A DNA stretch of 64,000 nucleotides from an uncultured virus (IMG/VR IMGVR_UViG_3300025870_000001) (Duplodnaviria > Heunggongvirae > Uroviricota > Caudoviricetes): the IMG/VR virus record IMGVR_UViG_3300025870_000001; one strand, written 5' to 3'. The notes under the pieces were generated by a model. That model was not told where the DNA came from. It did no database searches and saw only the letters and a list, made by a program, of their open reading frames with translations. The position numbers and the translations under genes are program-made. This document shows, in pieces, positions 59,131 to 64,000 of the stretch. Each line of letters starts with the position of its first letter. Positions within the stretch are counted from its first letter, which is position 1.

Positions 59131-59919
59131 TTAATATCCTGCCTTTACATCACTTCTGGTTATCAATTGTACTTCTTGGAAAGTCATACTAAGATTTACA
59201 ACTGATGGAGCTCCACTAGATGCAAACATTCCAAACGAACCATTTCCGCCAAATTCAACATCAAAGTCAGTTAATACACATGGTTTTATTTTATTTAAAT
59301 GTTTTGATTCTGTACCATCTATCATATATTTTAGTTCAAAGTAATTTGGGGGAGTAAAAAAGTTACCAGCGTTTCCAGATAATTCTGGAGACATATTCAT
59401 TCTAAAAAATTCTATTATGTCGGTAAGTACATCCGATTCTTTTTCTGACTTGGGCATTAAATTATATGCATAAGAAAAACTTCTATATTCTGGGCCCTGA
59501 TACAAAGTATGTCTATTTGCAGCTGCTGTCGATCTACCTAATGCTTGCGCAGCAAGTGTTGCAGATTCTCCGCCCGCGCCAAGACTAGCAGTTAGTGCAT
59601 CACCGCCACCACCAATAATTCCTTTTATTGTTTTTAATACACCAGACATTTCTGGTGGATTATCGGCATTTCCCTGTTCAAAAATATTTGCGATCCCTGA
59701 TAATGCAGTACCATCGTTAGTATTTTGAAAATTTTGTTTTGTTGTATTTTTAATATTTTCTGGAAGGAACAACTGAACAGTACCGACCACTTCCTGTGAA
59801 GGTTGGTCATCTCTGGATTTAACTTTTGTATATCCAGCAACTCGCCCCGAATATGCAGTAAACAATAAATGATCTCCGGCGTTTGGGCCAGATTCAATTG
59901 GATAGGTGTAACCTGCCAT
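59131..59919 (-). CDS. gp48: Baseplate tail-tube cap gp48
   Basis: VQLFLPENI; YQGPEYRSFSYAYNLMPKSEKES; KIKPCVLTDFDVEF; LSMTFQEVQLITR. AGGAG RBS. Confidence 0.88.
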   Translation of the reverse strand: MAGYTYPIESGPNAGDHLLFTAYSGRVAGYTKVKSRDDQPSQEVVGTVQLFLPENIKNTTKQNFQNTNDGTALSGIANIFEQGNADNPPEMSGVLKTIKGIIGGGGDALTASLGAGGESATLAAQALGRSTAAANRHTLYQGPEYRSFSYAYNLMPKSEKESDVLTDIIEFFRMNMSPELSGNAGNFFTPPNYFELKYMIDGTESKHLNKIKPCVLTDFDVEFGGNGSFGMFASSGAPSVVNLSMTFQEVQLITRSDVKAGY

Positions 59920-59931
59920 ATTAAAAATTCT

Positions 59932-59955
59932 CCTAAATAGTTAAATATATTTATA
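59932..59955. promoter_or_regulatory. Face-to-face late promoter pair driving the divergent operons
   Basis: TATAAATA on the - strand (59948-59955) for the gp48 operon; CCTAAATA on the + strand (59932-59939) for the gp4 operon. Confidence 0.65.
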
Positions 59956-59973
59956 AAGGTTTTTTTGATTGAA

Positions 59974-60414
59974 ATGAGAAGATTTACATATAGAGGAAAA
60001 TACAACCCAAAACACCCACAAAAATATGTAGGCAATGTTAAAAATATTGTTTATCGATCCATGTGGGAAAGAAGGTTTATGAAATATTGTGACGATAATC
60101 CAGAAGTCCTTGTTTGGTCAAGTGAAGAGCTCGTAATACCCTATTTATCTCCAATCGATAGAAAGATGCACAGATATTATCCAGATTTCTTGATAAAGGT
60201 AAAAAGAAATGATTCGACACAGACAGTTGTAGTAGAAGTGAAACCAAAAAGAGAAACCAAACCACCAAAAAAGAAACAAAAAATTACACCTAGATATTTA
60301 AGTGAAATGAAAACATGGTCAGTAAATGAAGCAAAATGGAAAGCTGCAAATGAATTTTGCAAAGACAGAAGATGGGAATTTAAAATTATGACAGAAGATC
60401 AGTTAGGAAGATAA
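59974..60414 (+). CDS. gp4: Head completion protein gp4 (TnsA-like nuclease fold)
   Basis: YRGKYNPKHPQKYVG...IVYRSMWERRFMKYCD...WSSEE...HRYYPDF...VEVKP...VNEAKWKAA. ATG at 59974 preferred over TTG at 59965. Confidence 0.93.
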   Translation: MRRFTYRGKYNPKHPQKYVGNVKNIVYRSMWERRFMKYCDDNPEVLVWSSEELVIPYLSPIDRKMHRYYPDFLIKVKRNDSTQTVVVEVKPKRETKPPKKKQKITPRYLSEMKTWSVNEAKWKAANEFCKDRRWEFKIMTEDQLGR

Positions 60415-60415
60415 T

Positions 60416-60988
60416 ATGGCAAACTTCGCACCACTCTTAGCAAGACTTGCACAAAGAGGAATACAACCAAATACCAATGCAGCCAGAGAATGGTTCAGAA
60501 AAAAGGTAAGAGAAACTAGAATTAGTAGAAATGCACTTTTATCTGATTCCGATAGAAAGGCTGGAGGACTACAAGTTGGACATATGTATTGTTACAACTA
60601 CGATCCAAAATTTGCGAAAAAACTACCATACTATGATGAGTTTCCTCTCATATTTGTGATAGAAAGAACCTCTAAAGGATTTGTAGGAATTAATTTGCAT
60701 TATGTGTCTCCAAGAAACAGAGTTGCAATTATGAACGCATTAGATAAGACAGTCCGTGGCAGAAACTATGATGAGAAAACAAAATTGGCAATTTCTTATA
60801 ATATCCTAAAAGGTTTGTCTAAATATAACATGATAAAACCCTGTGTAAAAAAATATCTATATGGACATGTTAAAGGTAATTTTGTTAAGATAGATGCAAA
60901 CGAATGGGATATTGCATTATTTTTACCAGTGCAAAAATTTAGAAAAGCAGCTGCATCCAAAGTTTGGTCAGATTCTGCAAGAAGATAG
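60416..60988 (+). CDS. gp2: DNA end protector protein gp2
   Basis: GHMYCYNYDPK...LPYYDEFPL...GINLHY...PCVKKYL..HV...EWDIALFLPVQKF. Confidence 0.92.
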   Translation: MANFAPLLARLAQRGIQPNTNAAREWFRKKVRETRISRNALLSDSDRKAGGLQVGHMYCYNYDPKFAKKLPYYDEFPLIFVIERTSKGFVGINLHYVSPRNRVAIMNALDKTVRGRNYDEKTKLAISYNILKGLSKYNMIKPCVKKYLYGHVKGNFVKIDANEWDIALFLPVQKFRKAAASKVWSDSARR

Positions 60989-60995
60989 GATTAAA

Positions 60996-61556
60996 ATGGG
61001 AAGTATAACTGACTTTGTTTCCGAAATTAATAGAACTGGATTTTCCAGAGCAAATCGTTATGAGATGGTGTTTGTAGTACCAACCGCAGTAAACGGATTG
61101 TCGCCAGGCCTAAGCAGATCTCTAACATATAGAATAGCATCTGTCAACCTACCAAGTAAATCAATCGCAACTACAGAAACCAAAGTATATGGCCCAGTAA
61201 GACAGGCACCATATTCTACGACATATGACCAATTAACTTTTAGTATGTATCTCAGTAAAGATTTGCGCGAGCGAAAATCTATGGAAAACTGGATGCATTA
61301 TATTGTAGATTATGACAATCATAAAATAAGATATTTGAATGAATATAAGGGATCGATATATTTGGCAGTTTTTGACGAACAGGAAAATCAAACAGCATCC
61401 TATCATTTCATGGAGGCATTTCCACTATCAATTGGAGAAGTTGCGTTAGCATATGCAAATGAAGATGTGGCGCAATGTCAGATAACAATGTCATATAGAA
61501 AATATATAGAAACCGACTCAAAACAGTGGCAGGCTGCTAATGGAAGTTATTATTAA
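60996..61556 (+). CDS. gp54: Tail-tube initiator gp54-like (gp19 fold)
   Basis: GFSRANRYEM; SVNLPSKSIAT; YGPVRQAPY; EAFPLSIGEVALAY; ITMSYR. Start placed at ATG 60996 (AGGA upstream, just after the gp2 stop). Confidence 0.75.
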   Translation: MGSITDFVSEINRTGFSRANRYEMVFVVPTAVNGLSPGLSRSLTYRIASVNLPSKSIATTETKVYGPVRQAPYSTTYDQLTFSMYLSKDLRERKSMENWMHYIVDYDNHKIRYLNEYKGSIYLAVFDEQENQTASYHFMEAFPLSIGEVALAYANEDVAQCQITMSYRKYIETDSKQWQAANGSYY

Positions 61557-61558
61557 GA

Positions 61559-61566
61559 GATAAATA
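61559..61566 (+). promoter_or_regulatory. Candidate late promoter GATAAATA
   Basis: nATAAATA variant, intergenic, upstream of gp26 (GAGGA RBS). Confidence 0.6.
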
Positions 61567-61604
61567 AACAGAAGTATTATAATATTAATTTATGAGGAAT
61601 AATT

Positions 61605-62330
61605 ATGTTACCAAGAATTGATACACCCACGTATGAATTGACATTACCATCAACTAAGAAGAAACTAAAATTTAGGCCATTCTTAGTAAAAGAAGAAAAA
61701 ATTCTTCTGATGGCACAAGAAGGAGATACATCAGAAGAAAAAATTGATGCTGTTAAACAGATTATAAGAAATTGTATTTTACAAGATATCGATGTAGATA
61801 AATTATCAACATTTGATATCGAATATATTTTCATTCAATTAAGATCAAAATCTGTTGGAAATATTATACAGCTAAACTATAAAAGAGAAAATTGTGCAGA
61901 TAAGGAAGATGGGGCAGGGGATTGTCAAATACCTTTTCTTTTAAACTTAGACGATACTAAGATTGAAAATATGACACAAGATCACTCAAATGAAATAGTT
62001 TTAACAGATGATATTTCAATTTTAATGAAATATCCAGATTTTTCTTTGATGAATCAGTTGGTAGATGCAGAATCATACGATGATTTGGTTGAATTGATTG
62101 CTAATTGTATAGAGTTTATAAAAGACTCTGACGAAATGCATAATGTATCTGACTACACTAGTCAGGATGTGAAAGATTTTATTGAGAATTTGACACAGAA
62201 TCAATTTGAGAAAATTAATGAATTTTTTGAAAACATGCCAGAAACAACTTGTGACGTAAATATCACCTGTTCAAAATGTGGCTTTAAAAAAGAAATGAAA
62301 GTGAGGGGTATTTCCGATTTTTTTTCCTAA
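61605..62330 (+). CDS. gp26: Baseplate hub assembly protein gp26-like
   Basis: LPRIDTPTYELTLPS...FRPFLVKEEKILLMA...FDIEYIFIQLRSKSVG...MKYP...FFENMP...CSKC...GISDFF. Confidence 0.9.
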   Translation: MLPRIDTPTYELTLPSTKKKLKFRPFLVKEEKILLMAQEGDTSEEKIDAVKQIIRNCILQDIDVDKLSTFDIEYIFIQLRSKSVGNIIQLNYKRENCADKEDGAGDCQIPFLLNLDDTKIENMTQDHSNEIVLTDDISILMKYPDFSLMNQLVDAESYDDLVELIANCIEFIKDSDEMHNVSDYTSQDVKDFIENLTQNQFEKINEFFENMPETTCDVNITCSKCGFKKEMKVRGISDFFS

Positions 62331-62512
62331 GCTTAAATCATGAATCCCTGGCGTCTTTGTATAGGAATAATTTTGCGTTAATGCACCACCATAAATATAG
62401 TTTAACTGAGTTGAATGATATGATTCCTTGGGAGAGAGAAGTATATCTTAATTTATTGATTGGTTATTTAGAAGAAGAAAAAAGAAGAAAAGAACAACTT
62501 AAAAATCAATAA
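62318..62512 (+). CDS. gp51: gp51-like baseplate hub assembly reading frame, probably entered by -1 frameshift from gp26
   Basis: Not in the ORF track. The -1 frame reads FFFLSLNHESLASLYRNNFALMHHHKYSLTELNDMIPWEREVYLNLLIGYLEEEKRRKEQLKNQ*, matching the short gp51-like protein of marine T4-likes. First in-frame ATG (62381) lies inside the conserved region. Confidence 0.8.
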   Translation, partial: FFFLSLNHESLASLYRNNFALMHHHKYSLTELNDMIPWEREVYLNLLIGYLEEEKRRKEQLKNQ

Positions 62513-62523
62513 GGAACTATAAC

Positions 62524-62847
62524 ATGACCAAAACACTCGAAACCGACAGCGTATTAAATAATGCAGACGCGAATGGAGATAATGTTATAAGCAATGATGA
62601 ATTGGCGAGACACGAAAGAATGTTGAAAATTGAAAATGAAGATAAAAAAGAAGATCAAATCAGATCCATGGCATGGTTTGCATTGGCAGGCATGTTGTTA
62701 TATCCGTTTGCGGTGGTGATTGCAGATTTAGTTGAATTAGATAATGCAGCAAAAATATTAGGTGACATGGCACCAACATATTTTGTATCAGTCGCAGCAT
62801 TAGTTGCAGCATTCTTCGGCGCACAAGCATATACTAAAGGCAAATAA
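62524..62847 (+). CDS. Small membrane protein with an EF-hand-like loop and two transmembrane helices (holin-like topology)
   Basis: DANGDNVISNDE loop; hydrophobic MAWFALAGMLLYPFAVVIA and YFVSVAALVAAFFGA; basic C-terminus; AAGGA RBS. Confidence 0.65.
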   Translation: MTKTLETDSVLNNADANGDNVISNDELARHERMLKIENEDKKEDQIRSMAWFALAGMLLYPFAVVIADLVELDNAAKILGDMAPTYFVSVAALVAAFFGAQAYTKGK

Positions 62848-64000
62848 ATGGCAGATCTTGCACCAGTAACAGAAAAACTGATAAAACAAAATCAAGAAGA
62901 ACTAGCAAAGTCTGTAAAGGATGCAAGTACGTCCTTACAGTCTGCTGGTGCAAGACAAGCTCTTACAGAAATTGCATCTATTTTTGAAGAACAATCTGGA
63001 GTGTCAGTAAAAGAATTTAAACAGAGCAGAGATAAAATCACTGCACTGTCATCATCTTTGGATGAAATGGATACTGTATCAAATACTGAAAGAAAAATAC
63101 TTGAAGATATTCTTAAAAATTCCCAGACAAGTATAAAAGAAAACGCAAACTTCAAAAAAAGCATTGGGGAATTAACATCTAATGCAGTTAAGTCTGGACT
63201 AGATGGTGTGGGCGGAATGTTAACTGGCGCTCTTGCACAGAGTCCTATTCTGGCTCTTGGTGCAAGTTTTCTTGGAGATCGTGTAAAACAATTTAGAGAA
63301 AGACGCGCAGCCGCCAAAGAAGAAGAAAATCAGAGAATAGAGAGAATAAAACAAGAAACCGAAATCGAGAAAAAAGAATTTGAGATTTTAAGAACCCAAA
63401 TATCTAATGAAGATGCTATTTCTCGTTCTAATATGGATCAGCAAAAGATTCAAGAAGAAGCAAGATCCAGAGGTGTATCTGAACAAACTGTAATAGATGA
63501 AGTAAAAGATAATATTATCAGGACAGCTAAAAATGAAAAACTTTCAAATGATGCGAAAAAAGCAGAATTAGATGCAATAGAAGATCTCAAAAAGAAATAT
63601 GAAATTGAAACTGAAGTATCTAAACCAGAAAGTCCTACAGAAAACTTTAATGATAATATAAGTACACCAGAAACAACTGAAACGGATACAAATGCACTAT
63701 TAGATATTGATGAAAAGTTGGGGCCCAATCAAGCATACTTAGAAGAAATTAGAGACCTCTTGCAATGGATGAAAGATAATGATGGAAATCCTACTTCTCT
63801 AGAAATAGAAGAAGCAAGAGAATTGAGAAGAGAAAGAAAAAAGACACTTGAGATTGAAAAGGCACAACTCAAAGCAATGCAGGGAATGGGTGCCGGTGGT
63901 TTAGGTATATCATCTGGTAAGGCCGGTGGCAATGAAGGAAGTTTATTAGATACGGTTGGTGATATTGGTGGGGGAGTTGCCGCGTTGGGTGGTCTTGCTG
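62848..64000 (+). CDS. Probable tape-measure / gp29-like protein (5' part; runs off the right edge)
   Basis: ATG directly after the previous stop; MADLAPVTEKLIKQNQEELAK...; long helical E/K-rich segments alternate with G/A/L-rich segments (GGMLTGALAQSPILALGASFLG; GGGVAALGGLA). No stop seen to the window end. Confidence 0.6.
   Translation, partial: MADLAPVTEKLIKQNQEELAKSVKDASTSLQSAGARQALTEIASIFEEQSGVSVKEFKQSRDKITALSSSLDEMDTVSNTERKILEDILKNSQTSIKENANFKKSIGELTSNAVKSGLDGVGGMLTGALAQSPILALGASFLGDRVKQFRERRAAAKEEENQRIERIKQETEIEKKEFEILRTQISNEDAISRSNMDQQKIQEEARSRGVSEQTVIDEVKDNIIRTAKNEKLSNDAKKAELDAIEDLKKKYEIETEVSKPESPTENFNDNISTPETTETDTNALLDIDEKLGPNQAYLEEIRDLLQWMKDNDGNPTSLEIEEARELRRERKKTLEIEKAQLKAMQGMGAGGLGISSGKAGGNEGSLLDTVGDIGGGVAALGGLA

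Noticed and set aside
59974..60414. TnsA-like nuclease as a transposon or homing endonuclease
   Set aside because: Sequence and position next to gp2 and gp48 match the core head-completion protein gp4; no element ends seen.
60894..60995. Upstream extension of the gp54-like ORF given in the ORF track
   Set aside because: It overlaps gp2 by 95 nt and has no recognisable similarity; ATG 60996 has an RBS and fits the family start.
44717..62330. Bacterial contractile injection system (eCIS/T6SS) rather than a phage
   Set aside because: gp2 (DNA end protector), gp4 (head completion), T4 late promoters and T4-like gene order indicate a phage.
1..64000. Alternative genetic code, tRNAs, introns or inteins
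   Set aside because: Standard-code ORFs tile the window with TAA, TAG and TGA all used as stops, intergenic gaps are too short for RNA genes, and I recognised no intein or intron motifs by eye.

Overview
AT-rich segment of a large T4-like myovirus genome whose gene architecture resembles marine cyanophages and pelagiphages; the host cannot be determined from this window. It is almost entirely the tail/baseplate structural module. From a divergent late-promoter region at ~59.9 kb, the minus strand carries gp48, gp53, a hub protein, gp5, gp25, gp6, gp7, gp8, a VrlC/DUF4815 protein, then ~37 kb of fibre and accessory virion genes. These include a fibre plus Gly-rich adhesin pair, four paralogues sharing one scaffold with large variable inserts, a 2311-aa hyper-acidic protein built on a 14-residue period, a lectin-like protein, a PAAR tip and two TDDLxEGxxNLYYT-repeat fibres. 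The plus strand carries gp4, gp2, gp54, gp26, a start-less gp51-like frame, a small EF-hand/2-TM protein and the start of a tape-measure-like gene. The main unexplained signals are: (1) a probable programmed -1 frameshift fusing gp26 to gp51 upstream of the tape measure; (2) a near-absolute rule that CCNGG and CCGG (and largely GGNCC) occur only when overlapping GGC/GCC, suggesting motif-specific DNA modification under restriction pressure; (3) the four-paralogue plus 14-mer acidic protein appendage cassette; (4) a gp5 with two different cell-wall hydrolases; (5) a CFI-box-CTERM-like domain on a fibre adhesin. Family assignments come from motif recognition by eye, not database searches.
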